Shown here: piece after piece, positions 1 through 10,285 of the stretch
Layout of the letters: the number at the start of each line of letters is the position of its first letter
Numbering within the stretch: position 1 is the first letter of the stretch
From: Pseudomonadota bacterium
GTDB lineage: Bacteria > Bdellovibrionota_F > JAHFAK01 > JBDREC01
Direction of reading: 5' to 3'
DNA length: 64,000 bases
Assembly: GCA_043820105.1 (NCBI GenBank)
Contig: JBDREC010000039.1
Span: 1 to 64,000 of the forward strand
Made by a program: the position numbers and the translations under genes
The notes under the pieces: generated by a model
The model's database searches: none
The model's input: the letters and a program-made list of their open reading frames with translations, nothing else
Told to the model about the DNA's origin: nothing

Positions 1-207
1 TCTGATAGCCTTTAACAAAGTTGGTCTTCGTCTGCTTACATGATCAACATTTAAAGCTAGAGCCATCTGCTCATAAAAATCTATTACAGAACCTGATCCT
101 GCAATAAGCGGTGCTTCATAAATTTTACCATTAAGCTTAAAGGTGCGATCTTTTTTTACACTTCTTGTTTCTTCTTTTATAAAATCAGGCAAGTGTGAAA
201 GGCTTAG
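1..207 (-). pseudogene. Probable remnant: DDE transposase C-terminal segment fused in frame to an ExeA-like AAA ATPase segment; runs off the window edge
   Basis: Hand translation LSLSHLPDFIKEETRSVKKDRTFKLNGKIYEAPLIAGSGSVIDFYEQMALALNVDHVSRRRPTLLKAIR. RSVKKDRTFKLNGKIYEAP resembles Mu/IS481-type transposase C-termini; DFYEQMALAL resembles the partner ExeA-type ATPases. Confidence 0.4.
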
Positions 208-1206
208 TTAAAAGGTTAAATCTTCGTCACTAATTTCTTCTTTAGTAACTCCTCGCCTGGATCCTATTTCTTCGACTAGTCCTTTGGCGTCAGGGTGGGC
301 GGGGTCAAGCTCTAGTGCCATATTGCATTCTAATTCGGCTTTAACCAGATTATCGATTTCAAAATATGCTACGCATAAAAAGAAGTGTGCTTCAGCGTCT
401 GTTCTGTCAATTTCAATGGCTTTTATAATGGTTGGTATACCCTTTTCATAATCGCGCATTGCTATATAATTTTCGCCTAAATGATAATATGCATCATATA
501 AATTCGGAGCAAGTTCACTTGCTTTAATAAAGGCCTTGTTTGAATTATTAAAATCTCCAAGTCCTTTATTTGCAAGCCCTAAGCCCATATGAAAATCAGG
601 GACATCTGGTATCTCAGAAATTAATTCCTCAAAAATCACCTTAGCTTCTTCTAGCTGTCCCTTTTCTAAATGAGAAAAGGCAAGCTCTGCTCTTTCAAAA
701 GAAGTATCATAAATCATATTCATAATTAATTTATGATATTTAAAACCCACTAAAGCGCCTACAACTAAAACAGAAAGGACAAAAAGCTTAAGAATTGAAA
801 GCCCATTTTTCTTTTTTGGGCTAACTTTATTAATTCTTTCTTTTTTTACTTTTTTGGTTTTACTTTTAAATAAGCCAGAAAATAATGCTTTTTTCTTTTC
901 TTTAGAGCTTTTTATTTCATGTATTTCAAAAGACGTCTCACCAATAAAAATTCTATCTCCTGGAATAACAGGAATTTCCGTAATTTTTTTCCCATTAACC
1001 ATTACTCCATGTGAAGAATTTTCATCTTTAAGCACAAGCTGTTTGCCTCTAAAATAGAAGGTTGCATGTCTTCTTGAAACTTTAGAGTCACGAATAGCAA
1101 TGTCATTGTCTGAGGATCTTCCAATTGAATATTTGGTGTGTTCCAATTCAATGGGAAATTCAATAGCATCAACACCTGGTTGATAGATTTTCAGAAGGTA
1201 TTTCAT
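208..1206 (-). CDS. FHA domain / transmembrane / TPR-repeat protein
   Basis: N-terminal FHA motifs IGRSSDNDI, VSRRHA, SSHGVMVNG; one hydrophobic helix; C-terminal TPR-like helical repeats (AYYHLG, AHFFLCVAY). Confidence 0.85.
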   Translation of the reverse strand: MKYLLKIYQPGVDAIEFPIELEHTKYSIGRSSDNDIAIRDSKVSRRHATFYFRGKQLVLKDENSSHGVMVNGKKITEIPVIPGDRIFIGETSFEIHEIKSSKEKKKALFSGLFKSKTKKVKKERINKVSPKKKNGLSILKLFVLSVLVVGALVGFKYHKLIMNMIYDTSFERAELAFSHLEKGQLEEAKVIFEELISEIPDVPDFHMGLGLANKGLGDFNNSNKAFIKASELAPNLYDAYYHLGENYIAMRDYEKGIPTIIKAIEIDRTDAEAHFFLCVAYFEIDNLVKAELECNMALELDPAHPDAKGLVEEIGSRRGVTKEEISDEDLTF

Positions 1207-1453
1207 GTTAGAGTTCCATTTTATTTTTTCAAGTATTATTATACAAATAAAAAATTAAATTAAAACAAAAATATGTAACCTAAATATTGCTGAGCCTTTA
1301 TATTTCAATATCCCAATATTCCAAACTTTCAGATTCTTTTAAAAATCTATTGATTTATCAAAGTATTTATTATTAAAAGAACATTCGATTGATTCTGATA
1401 ATTTTATACTGAATCAAAATGATTATTTTTATTCATTGGAGGTTTTTAAAAAA

Positions 1454-3370
1454 ATGCTTAAACAGATGAGAGAAAATGCTAGTTCCTGGATAATAAAAAT
1501 TTTATTTGGATTTTTAGTTTTAACCTTTGTTTCATGGGGCGGTTATTCTGGAATAAAAGGCTGTGGTTCTAAAGAAGGCGCTATAATAGTAGATAAACAA
1601 GTTATTTCCCAGCAAGAATATAAAGAAAGATATATGCGAGAACTTGAAAGACAAAAGATGATGTTCCCAAAAGCCTTTTCAGGAGAAATGCCTAAATATA
1701 TCGAAGAAATGCTTAAAAAGAATGTGCTTGAACAAATGACAAATGAAATCTTACTTGGGGAAATGGCTCAAAAGCTTGGCATTTCAATTTCTAAAGAGGA
1801 AGTAACAAACATTATTAAAAATATTGATAGCTTTAAAAACAAAGAAACAGGCCAGTTCGATATAAGTTTATATAAACGGTTGTTGCAGTATAACAGTCTT
1901 ACTCCTCAAGAGTTTGAGGGACAACAAATGTCTTTACTGGAAAGACAGAGAATTATTAATCTTTTTCAAGGTGGAATAATTCTTACTGAGAATGAAATAA
2001 AAGATGCCTATGAAAGTGAAAACCACAAAGTAATTCTTTCATATTTAGAATTAGATCCAAATAATTTTGAGTATCAAGGCAAGCTTAACGATGATGAGTT
2101 AAAAAGTCTTTATGAATCATCAAAAACATCTTTTCAGTTGCCAGAAGAACGAAAAGTTAAATATATAATATTTGATACTTCTGAAAACTTTGATTCAGCA
2201 AGCTATGAAGAAGATGAAGCATTTACATATTTTGAAGAAAAAATAAAAGAAAACGTAGAAAGCAAATGGCAAAAGAAGCTTAGTTTAGTTTCAAGAATTT
2301 TTGTTAAAACGGCAGAAGATGAAGCCGCCAGAACTAATGAGATTTTAGGTCTATTAAATTCTGGAGAAGATTTTCATAAAGTCGCTGTGCAAAGCTCTGA
2401 TGACTATTACGCTGGTAATGGTGGAAGATTGGGCTATCTAACTGATGATGACATAAAATTAAAATTCACCCAAGAAGCCCTTCCTATTGTTAACGCTACA
2501 AAAATTAATACTTATTCAAAACCTATTAAGACCTCAAGAGGCACATATATTGTATTAGTTGAAGATAAAATAAACGCAGGGGATGTAAGCTTTGCCAGAT
2601 TGAAAAATGTAGTTGATTATGATCTGAAACTTCAAATAGCATCTGAAAACATTCAATTAATAGCAGAAGAAGCAAGTGAACTCATTAAAATGCCTGAAGA
2701 AACACTAGAGGCGTATGCAAAGAAAAATAAAATGAAAATATTTGAAAGTTCCTATTTCTCAAAAGAATCAAGCAATGATAGGATCTTTCAGGCAAAGCCC
2801 ATTATTTCTAAGCTATTTACACTCAGCAAAGAGGATTCTTCTGAGGCCTTAAAAATCAAGGCTGATTTATTTGTTATAGCTCAAATTGCTGACATAAAAG
2901 CTCCAATAATTCCAGAATTTGATATCGCAAAAGACATGGTAAAAAAAGAACTAATAAAAAACAAGTCCCAGCAAATGGCTAGTGATAAAGCAGAAGAACT
3001 TGTAAAAGAGCTTGCAAACAATAAACCCTTTGAAGATATTTTAAAAGAAAATAAGCTTATAGCAAAAGACTCTACTGAATTTGGACAAAGCGAAAATGGA
3101 TATATACCAGGACTTGGAAAGGCTGATGACCTCATGAAGCTTGCTTTTGCGACAGATGAAGGTGCGGCAATAAAGAAAAGTTTTTTGATTAATAATAAAT
3201 ACGTAATTGCAAAAGTTAAAAAAGTAAGCAAACCTGATTGGGCTAAATTTGAAAGTGAAAAAGAAGAGATTTCAACACGCCTTACAAGTTCAAGAAAAAA
3301 CCTAATAGTATCCAGTTGGCTTAAATCTCTTAATGATGAAGCAGATATCAAAGTCAACATAGATATCTAA
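1454..3370 (+). CDS. ppiD: PpiD/SurA-N-domain periplasmic chaperone, parvulin-type PPIase
   Basis: MLKQMRENASSWIIKILFGFLVLTFVSWG N-terminal anchor typical of PpiD; rotamase-like DFHKVAVQSSDD..GGRLG; ATG 1454 chosen after GGAGG. Confidence 0.8.
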   Translation: MLKQMRENASSWIIKILFGFLVLTFVSWGGYSGIKGCGSKEGAIIVDKQVISQQEYKERYMRELERQKMMFPKAFSGEMPKYIEEMLKKNVLEQMTNEILLGEMAQKLGISISKEEVTNIIKNIDSFKNKETGQFDISLYKRLLQYNSLTPQEFEGQQMSLLERQRIINLFQGGIILTENEIKDAYESENHKVILSYLELDPNNFEYQGKLNDDELKSLYESSKTSFQLPEERKVKYIIFDTSENFDSASYEEDEAFTYFEEKIKENVESKWQKKLSLVSRIFVKTAEDEAARTNEILGLLNSGEDFHKVAVQSSDDYYAGNGGRLGYLTDDDIKLKFTQEALPIVNATKINTYSKPIKTSRGTYIVLVEDKINAGDVSFARLKNVVDYDLKLQIASENIQLIAEEASELIKMPEETLEAYAKKNKMKIFESSYFSKESSNDRIFQAKPIISKLFTLSKEDSSEALKIKADLFVIAQIADIKAPIIPEFDIAKDMVKKELIKNKSQQMASDKAEELVKELANNKPFEDILKENKLIAKDSTEFGQSENGYIPGLGKADDLMKLAFATDEGAAIKKSFLINNKYVIAKVKKVSKPDWAKFESEKEEISTRLTSSRKNLIVSSWLKSLNDEADIKVNIDI

Positions 3371-3392
3371 ATAATAATTTTTTAGGTTTATT

Positions 3393-3986
3393 TTGAAAAA
3401 GCATATAAAAAGCCTGCTTATAATTTCATCAATAATATTTATTTGTTTAATCTTCTTTTCTGTTTCCTTTTATAGTTTTCTAAAGCGTATAGATTCATAT
3501 GATTGTGTTGAAAGCAAACCAGAAGGATTAATTGTTGTTTTAGCAGGAGGACCAGGAAGAATCCATAAGGGCCTATCTGTTCTTTCTAATTCAAAACAGT
3601 CTATTCTCGTTTTATCAGGAGTTGGAGAAAATTCCAGTCTTAAAGACATAGTAAATTCAGCAGGCTATAACAATCCAATTCATGAAAAACAAATAATTAT
3701 TGATAGGACCTCTAAGTCTACATATGAAAACGCCATTGAGGTTAATAAAATATTAAGCCTATATCACTTTTCTAATATTACTATTATTACCTCAAATATC
3801 CATATGCCCAGATCACTTTTAATTTTTAGGAAGCTTTTACCTGATAACATAAAAATAGATAGTCATCCTATCTGCGAATATGATGGCAAACTTGCTTCTT
3901 TGTTTTCAAATAAATTAAAATGGTCAGTTATTTTTTTTGAATTTATCAAATATTATCTTTTTAAAATTAAGTTTCTCTTTTCATAA
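3393..3986 (+). CDS. YdcF/DUF218 family protein
   Basis: IVVLAGG, LVLSG, SKSTYENA, ITSNIHMPRS motifs. Confidence 0.85.
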   Translation: MKKHIKSLLIISSIIFICLIFFSVSFYSFLKRIDSYDCVESKPEGLIVVLAGGPGRIHKGLSVLSNSKQSILVLSGVGENSSLKDIVNSAGYNNPIHEKQIIIDRTSKSTYENAIEVNKILSLYHFSNITIITSNIHMPRSLLIFRKLLPDNIKIDSHPICEYDGKLASLFSNKLKWSVIFFEFIKYYLFKIKFLFS

Positions 3987-4005
3987 AAACACTTAACAAT
4001 TAATT

Positions 4006-4021
4006 TGGCACCAAATTTGCA
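4006..4021 (+). promoter_or_regulatory. sigma54 (-24/-12) promoter
   Basis: TGGCACCAAATTTGCA: GG-N10-GC, about 48 bp upstream of the 4069 ORF. Confidence 0.75.
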
Positions 4022-4068
4022 CTGTATAAGCAAAGACTGAATTTAAAATTCCCATAAAGGGGGCAAAA

Positions 4069-5985
4069 ATGAAATTTTTAACAAAGCACAACTATCTGTT
4101 TTCATGCAAATATATACGATTTGCCTTATTATTTTTAATCTTATTTATACTAAATTTTTCCTCTATTTTTGCGAATTTTTTGTCTCACTATGAAGAACAA
4201 AATGCGGCATGTGATTTTGGGAAAAAGGGGCTTGAAAAGTTTTATAAAGTGTCGAATTCTGGAAAATATCATCTGACTTATTGGAAAACAATCTCACAAC
4301 ATGATCTAAGTGCTTATCTAATAAAAGCAGATTTTAATAAAGATGAAAACTGGGATAAGTGTATTAAACCAGGCTTAGCATATCTATACCTCGATGCATG
4401 GCTTTGGCAAGTATATCTAGAAAACAAGGCTTCTGAAAATCCTGAAAATTCAACTTATAAAAAGCAAGCCAGGCAAAATGAAGAAGGTTTAAAATACTAT
4501 GTTACACCTCTATTTTATAATGCTTTCCATGAAAAAGATGGTCATTTATTAAAAGTTTCTGAAATAAAACAAAGTGAAATCAATATTCCCAACAGTATGG
4601 AGACATCAGTTACAAATAGAATATTAAACATGTCTGATGAGCTTACTGAAATTGACTTAGTGCTAATGGATGCATGTGAAGCGCTCTCTACCTGCACAGA
4701 CCTTGTAAGCTTCTTCAAAGCAAATCACCAAGTGATTTTAAAACCAGAAGAATCAAAACAGCATTTGCCAGAGTATGATCCTCTAGGCTTAGATCACGAA
4801 AAAGAATTAATGACAACAATAGAAGATTCTAATGAAGAAGATATCTATGGAATACAAATTGAAAAAGTTAACACCAATAATTCAGAAGAGATTTTGGAAA
4901 AAAAGGCTGAAGCCAAACCCATAGAAAACACACAAGCTGCTGAACAAAAGCATTTTGAAGATACTATAAACTTGGCAGACTCTTCTCTTCATTTGGAAAT
5001 CTCTGATGAATCTTATTTCTATACTTCTCAGCTAATGTTAAATTGGATAAGAGCTTATAACCCAGAAATGGCGCTTGCATTTATTGACATAGTGTCATTG
5101 GTTAAAAACTATAGTGATGACAAAATCAATCACCCCAAAAATGCATTTTTAGCCCTTCTGCTATATAACAAAACACCTCTTGACCTAGAAGAAGTGTGTC
5201 TTGAAAAAAATCTTAACATCTATGATTGCACCTATACATTTCTGGCTGCATGGGATCTAAAGTATATTTATGCTAATAACTTTATAAATAATGATCCTGG
5301 TTTTAACAGAGAAGAAATACTTTTTACTTTTAACAGGAAAATAGTATTAACATGGTTAGGTTTATGCAGTGAAATAAATGAAAATCTTGCTGTAGCAATT
5401 ACTGAAAATTTAAGCCTTTTAACAGACAGTTTTTATGACTTTGCCTCTCAAGATCTTCGAGGGGAAAGTTGCAATAATTATATGGAAATCGCAAAGCTAA
5501 AAATTCATTTTAATGCTATACACAGATGGAATGAAAAAGAGTTTATTCAGGAAGTGTATATTGCAGGCTATAACCCACACAAAGACTATAATCAAGATTA
5601 TACAAGACAAAGGATTGTAGATAAAAAAGATGACAAAAAAGTAGTTATCATTGAAAACCAGCCGGTTTCTACTCCAGAGGAAACAAATAGCAGTGATAGC
5701 GACATAGAGAAAATAAGACTTTGGTTAAAGGAATATGGATCGTATAATCCAGAACTTAAAGAGACAATATTACGTGCTTCAGGTGAGTTTACTAAAACCA
5801 ATAACTTGATGGAATATGTAGCAGATGAAGGCGATGGTTTTATTAGATTAAATGACGATTTCTATGCATATTTAGTAGCAGAAGATATTGAAATTGAAAA
5901 ATTAAATACACAAGGAAAAGACCAATATCATAAGATAACTGCTCAAACCATATATGATAAATTTGTTTCCTATTACCTTTTCTAA
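4069..5985 (+). CDS. Hypothetical exported protein (638 aa)
   Basis: Long ORF with AAGGGGG SD and signal-peptide-like N-terminus; no recognisable family. Confidence 0.7.
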   Translation: MKFLTKHNYLFSCKYIRFALLFLILFILNFSSIFANFLSHYEEQNAACDFGKKGLEKFYKVSNSGKYHLTYWKTISQHDLSAYLIKADFNKDENWDKCIKPGLAYLYLDAWLWQVYLENKASENPENSTYKKQARQNEEGLKYYVTPLFYNAFHEKDGHLLKVSEIKQSEINIPNSMETSVTNRILNMSDELTEIDLVLMDACEALSTCTDLVSFFKANHQVILKPEESKQHLPEYDPLGLDHEKELMTTIEDSNEEDIYGIQIEKVNTNNSEEILEKKAEAKPIENTQAAEQKHFEDTINLADSSLHLEISDESYFYTSQLMLNWIRAYNPEMALAFIDIVSLVKNYSDDKINHPKNAFLALLLYNKTPLDLEEVCLEKNLNIYDCTYTFLAAWDLKYIYANNFINNDPGFNREEILFTFNRKIVLTWLGLCSEINENLAVAITENLSLLTDSFYDFASQDLRGESCNNYMEIAKLKIHFNAIHRWNEKEFIQEVYIAGYNPHKDYNQDYTRQRIVDKKDDKKVVIIENQPVSTPEETNSSDSDIEKIRLWLKEYGSYNPELKETILRASGEFTKTNNLMEYVADEGDGFIRLNDDFYAYLVAEDIEIEKLNTQGKDQYHKITAQTIYDKFVSYYLF

Positions 5986-6054
5986 TTTGAATCTTGCTTT
6001 TTAAGTCTTAAGTGTTATGTGGTAAGTTATAAGCCATGAACCCAAGGAAAACCC

Positions 6055-6699
6055 ATGATAGCACTTGAAATTGAAATGAATAAACTTTTCAGACACTTTG
6101 GTTTTCAATTATCAAAAAACCAAATCTCCATGTTTGCAAAATTCCATGATATTTTATTGCAGGAAAATAAAAAAATAAATATAACGCGTCTTCATCGCTT
6201 TGAAGATATTGTAATTAAACATTTTGTGGATTCGATTATTATTAACCGTCACGTCTGGCTACCTAATAATTTAATGGACATTGGCACAGGTGGCGGATTC
6301 CCTGGAATTCCTTTAAAAATTGTCACACCAAAATTAAATCTTACCTTAGTTGAACCTGTTTTAAAAAGAGTAAATTTTTTGAAATTAGTCAGAAAAGAAC
6401 TAAACCTTAACAAGGTAAATATTATTGGGAAAAAAGTAGACCTAGACTTTTCATATCCTGCTGAGGGAATTGTAACACGAGCATTTAAATCCATTGACCA
6501 TACCTTGAATATTGTTAGCAGGTCTTTACAAGTAGGAGGCAGAGTCTTTTTCATGAAAGGACCAAAGGCTGATGTAGACCTGGCTTCAATTACAAATGAA
6601 ACTAAAAAGATTTTTTCTATTGCCAGCGATGTTTCTTATGAACTTCCAAACACAAGCTATAAAAGAAGAATTATTGTGTTTCAAAAGGAGTGGGAATAA
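6055..6699 (+). CDS. rsmG: 16S rRNA m7G527 methyltransferase RsmG (GidB)
   Basis: INITRL, KHFVDS, DIGTGGGFPGIPL, VTRAF, MKG motifs. Confidence 0.92.
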   Translation: MIALEIEMNKLFRHFGFQLSKNQISMFAKFHDILLQENKKINITRLHRFEDIVIKHFVDSIIINRHVWLPNNLMDIGTGGGFPGIPLKIVTPKLNLTLVEPVLKRVNFLKLVRKELNLNKVNIIGKKVDLDFSYPAEGIVTRAFKSIDHTLNIVSRSLQVGGRVFFMKGPKADVDLASITNETKKIFSIASDVSYELPNTSYKRRIIVFQKEWE

Positions 6700-6710
6700 T
6701 TTATTGCCGC

Positions 6711-6730
6711 TTGCTAGTTGCTAGTTGCTG
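6711..6730. repeat. Heptamer tandem (TTGCTAG)x~3
   Basis: ttgctag ttgctag ttgctg between rsmG and the pseudouridine synthase gene. Confidence 0.55.
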
Positions 6731-6747
6731 GTAATAATGAGAATACT

Positions 6748-7542
6748 ATGCCTAAAAAGAGAATATATTATTGGCTTTCAAAGTCAGGAAAAATAAGAAC
6801 AAGAAAAGAAGCAGAAAAGCTTATTAATGCTGGCAGAATTTTGCTCAATGGAAACAAAATCAAATCCCTGGAACTTCACATAGATCCTAAAAAGAAAAGA
6901 CTTACTCTTGATGGAGAAATCATTAAAATTAAAAAGGATAAAATATATATTATAATCAATAAACCTGAAGGTATAATTTCTTCTAAAGTAAATGCAGGAA
7001 AGCAAAAATCAGTCCTAGACCTTATAAAAACAGATAAGATAATAAGCGAAGAAATTAAAAACACCCTCTTTCCTGTTGGAAGGCTTGATCTGAATAGCTG
7101 CGGTCTTATGTTAATTACTAATGATGGTACTTTAGCTAATAAAATTCTAAAACCTGAAAACAAAATAAACAAAACATATGAAGTAAAAATAAAAGGCCTG
7201 CTTGCTCAAAGCCATATAGCCAAGCTTGAAAATGGAATTGAAATTATTCTTGAAAAAAATGGTATAAAATCAAGCTATCAAACGCAAGCATGTACAGTTA
7301 GAAATGTGACTAAAAATGAAATTAATAAAACAACTTCTTGTGAGATTATAATTTCCGAAGGTAAGAAAAGACAGATACGAAGAATGTTCAAAGCTTTAGG
7401 TTATGAGGTTTTTTTGCTTAAGAGAATAAAGATAGGAGGAGTGGAGCTTGGAAAGCTTGCGTTTGGGGAATATAGAATTATGACATGTGAGGCAATTGGA
7501 AAAATAATCAATAATCAATTTTCAATTTTCAATTATAAATGA
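6748..7542 (+). CDS. rRNA pseudouridine synthase, RsuA/RluB family
   Basis: S4-like N-terminus, NKPEG, catalytic PVGRLD, GLMLITNDG, EGKKRQIRRM; ATG 6748 preferred. Confidence 0.9.
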   Translation: MPKKRIYYWLSKSGKIRTRKEAEKLINAGRILLNGNKIKSLELHIDPKKKRLTLDGEIIKIKKDKIYIIINKPEGIISSKVNAGKQKSVLDLIKTDKIISEEIKNTLFPVGRLDLNSCGLMLITNDGTLANKILKPENKINKTYEVKIKGLLAQSHIAKLENGIEIILEKNGIKSSYQTQACTVRNVTKNEINKTTSCEIIISEGKKRQIRRMFKALGYEVFLLKRIKIGGVELGKLAFGEYRIMTCEAIGKIINNQFSIFNYK

Positions 7543-7568
7543 AGATTTTTTTCAGCTGATTAAGCGAA

Positions 7569-8774
7569 TTATTTGTTATTTAATTTTGCAACAAGTCCGG
7601 CATAAAAGGCAGCAGCAGCTGACAAATCAGATACTCTACACTTTTCATTTGGAGCGTGAGCTTCTTTTTCATCGCCAGGACCAAAACCCAATGTTGGAAT
7701 ATTATACATTCCAGCAGTAGCTACACCATTTGTAGAAAAAGTCCATTTATCAACTTCTGGTTCTTTATCAAAAAGGTTTTTATACGAAAGAACTGCTTGC
7801 TTTAACCAATCAGAATCTTCATCCATTATCCAGGTTGGAAAATATTTTTCCATTCCAAATTCTTTTCCTGTGTAAGCTTTGCCTTCATAATACAAAACCT
7901 TTACTTCGGCATCTTCATATCCTGCGCGTGCTGCAGCTTCTTTTAGCTCAGCCACTGAGCTTTCAAGATTTTCACCAACTGTTAGTCTTCTATCAACTTG
8001 AACTGTAGCCCCGTCAGGAACAGCGCATTGTGAAGGTGAGGTAAAAAAGAATTGTGAGGCTGTAATTGTACCCTTGCCTAAAAAGGAATGATCTTTTAAT
8101 CTTTCATTTAATTTTTCTATTTCTAATAAAATCCTGGCCATTTTGTAAAGGGCATTGTCACCGCGTTCAGGCGCTGAACCGTGGCAAGATAATCCTTTGA
8201 CTGAAACAGTCATTTCCATTCGACCGCGTTGTCCTCTGTGAATTTTTAAACTCGTTGGTTCTGTTGAGACAACAAGCTCAGGTTTTACATTTTCTTCAGT
8301 TATTAAATAGTGCCAGCACAAACCATCACAATCTTCTTCCATTACAGTTCCAGTAAATAAAATTGAATACTCATTATTTAAATCTAGTTCTTTAATTATC
8401 TTCGCTGCATATACCATTGAAGCCATACCTGCTTTTTGATCAGATGTTCCACGACCCCAAACATATCCATCTTTAATTTCACCAGAGAAAGGATCCGAGT
8501 CCCAAAGACTTTCGTCCCCAGGATAAACAGTATCAATATGAGCATCAAAAGCTATGACTTTTGGACCATTACCTATTCGGCCAATAATGCTTCCAAGGGC
8601 ATCAACTCTAACCTCATCAAAACCAATTTTTTCCATTTCTGCTTTAATTGTAATAACAACATCTTGCTCTTTGCTTGAAAAAGATGGTGCTTGAATCATT
8701 CTTGATAAAAATGAAGCTATATCAGTTTCATATTTTTGAGATAAATCTAAAATTTGTTTATATATTATTGTCAT
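7569..8774 (-). CDS. ygeY: YgeY-family M20 metallo-hydrolase
   Basis: FDAHIDTV, GRGTSDQK, VMEEDCDGLCW, GQRGRME, SCHGSAPERGDNA, WTFSTNGV match YgeY. Confidence 0.85.
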   Translation of the reverse strand: MTIIYKQILDLSQKYETDIASFLSRMIQAPSFSSKEQDVVITIKAEMEKIGFDEVRVDALGSIIGRIGNGPKVIAFDAHIDTVYPGDESLWDSDPFSGEIKDGYVWGRGTSDQKAGMASMVYAAKIIKELDLNNEYSILFTGTVMEEDCDGLCWHYLITEENVKPELVVSTEPTSLKIHRGQRGRMEMTVSVKGLSCHGSAPERGDNALYKMARILLEIEKLNERLKDHSFLGKGTITASQFFFTSPSQCAVPDGATVQVDRRLTVGENLESSVAELKEAAARAGYEDAEVKVLYYEGKAYTGKEFGMEKYFPTWIMDEDSDWLKQAVLSYKNLFDKEPEVDKWTFSTNGVATAGMYNIPTLGFGPGDEKEAHAPNEKCRVSDLSAAAAFYAGLVAKLNNK

Positions 8775-8783
8775 TTTATTCTC

Positions 8784-9167
8784 CTATGGTGCTATAGCTA
8801 CAACTTCAATTTCGATTAAAGCATCCTTTGGTAGTCTTGAAACTTCAACAACAGCTCTAGCAGGTTTTGATTTATTAAAATAAAGGCTAAAAAGCTCATT
8901 TACTGCTACAAAATTTTCAAGGTCCGTCACATAAATAGTAGCCTTTAGGACATTTGCAAGGGATGATCCAGCTGCATCCAAAATTTCTTTAACATTATCA
9001 AAGGCCCGTCTAATATGAACCTCAATATCTCCTTCAACCATCTCACCAGTTTTTGGATCAAGAGGAATTTGCCCAGATGTAAATATTAAATTTCCACACC
9101 TAATAGCCTGAGCATACGGACCAATAGCCTGAGGAGCATTCTCAGTATTTATAGTTATTTTTTCCAT
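8784..9167 (-). CDS. ridA: RidA/YjgF/UK114 reactive intermediate deaminase
   Basis: APQAIGPYAQA, SGQIPLDP, PARAVVEVSRLPKDALIEIE. Confidence 0.9.
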   Translation of the reverse strand: MEKITINTENAPQAIGPYAQAIRCGNLIFTSGQIPLDPKTGEMVEGDIEVHIRRAFDNVKEILDAAGSSLANVLKATIYVTDLENFVAVNELFSLYFNKSKPARAVVEVSRLPKDALIEIEVVAIAP

Positions 9168-9175
9168 GTTTTCTC

Positions 9176-9227
9176 CTTACGACTTAAAACTTACGACTTA
9201 CGACTTACAACTTACGACTTACGACTT
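9176..9227. repeat. Heptamer tandem (CTTACGA)x~7
   Basis: cttacga cttaaaa cttacga cttacga cttacaa cttacga cttacga, abutting the ridA SD. Confidence 0.9.
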
Positions 9228-9360
9228 CTTTACCCCAATTCTCAAAAGTGTCAATAATTTAGTAGAAGCATATTTTTTTGTTGCCTAAAAAATTGTTATT
9301 TGCTTACATATCAAACCTTGAAACATGTAAAAATAATAACTTTTAAAAAAGGTTTTTCAA

Positions 9361-10275
9361 ATGGTTGATGACAAAAAAGATATTCATGAACAGACCGTTT
9401 TTAGGCGCAAAGAAGACTTGATCCCAACAGATAAAGACAGAGAACCAGTTTTTATAATCATACTAGGTGAAGAAGTTGGAAAGGTATACAGAATAAAAAG
9501 AGATAAACCAATGATCATTGGAAGAGCAAAAGATGTAGACATAGTCATGAATGACATTGGTATATCCAGAAAACATGCTCAAATTGCTTTTACTGGAAAT
9601 GGCCAGCTAGCTATTTTTGATTTAAATTCAACAAATGGCACATATGTAAATGGTGAAAGAGTATCAGAGCAAGAATTAGCTGATGGTGACAAAATTCAAA
9701 TTGGTTCTGCTGCAATTATAAAGTTCAGCTATCAAGATATGCTTGAAGAGTCTTTTCAGAAAAACCTTTATCAGTCAGCTACAAAGGATGCTTTAACTGA
9801 AATATATAATAAAAAATTCTTCATAGATGCTATTACAAAAGAACTTAGCTATTCATTAAGAAGTGATTTTCCTTTGTCACTAATTATTTTTGACATAGAT
9901 CATTTCAAAAGAATAAATGATACCTGGGGACACCAGGCAGGAGACCATGTACTAAAAAAACTTGCTCGACTTATTCAAGAACAAATTCGTAAAGAAGATG
10001 TTTTCTGTAGATATGGTGGAGAAGAATTTACACTTATTCTTAAAGGTAAAAATGCAGAGCACGCGATATTAACAGCGGAAAGACTTAGAAAAATTGTAGA
10101 TGCACATAAATTTTCATTCGAAGACAAAGAAATTCCACTTACAATTAGTCTTGGAATTGCAACACTTACAAAAGAAGATAAGTTCCCTACTCCAGATGAT
10201 ATGATAAAAGAAGCTGATAAATTTCTCTATCAAGCAAAGGAAGCTGGAAGGAATAGAAGTGAGTATAAAAAGTAA
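9361..10275 (+). CDS. FHA-GGDEF diguanylate cyclase (DgcB-like architecture)
   Basis: FHA motifs IIGRA, ISRKHA, STNGTYVNG; GGDEF domain with DIDHFKRINDTWGH and RYGGEEF; RKED I-site. Confidence 0.9.
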   Translation: MVDDKKDIHEQTVFRRKEDLIPTDKDREPVFIIILGEEVGKVYRIKRDKPMIIGRAKDVDIVMNDIGISRKHAQIAFTGNGQLAIFDLNSTNGTYVNGERVSEQELADGDKIQIGSAAIIKFSYQDMLEESFQKNLYQSATKDALTEIYNKKFFIDAITKELSYSLRSDFPLSLIIFDIDHFKRINDTWGHQAGDHVLKKLARLIQEQIRKEDVFCRYGGEEFTLILKGKNAEHAILTAERLRKIVDAHKFSFEDKEIPLTISLGIATLTKEDKFPTPDDMIKEADKFLYQAKEAGRNRSEYKK

Positions 10276-10285
10276 AGAAGACAAC

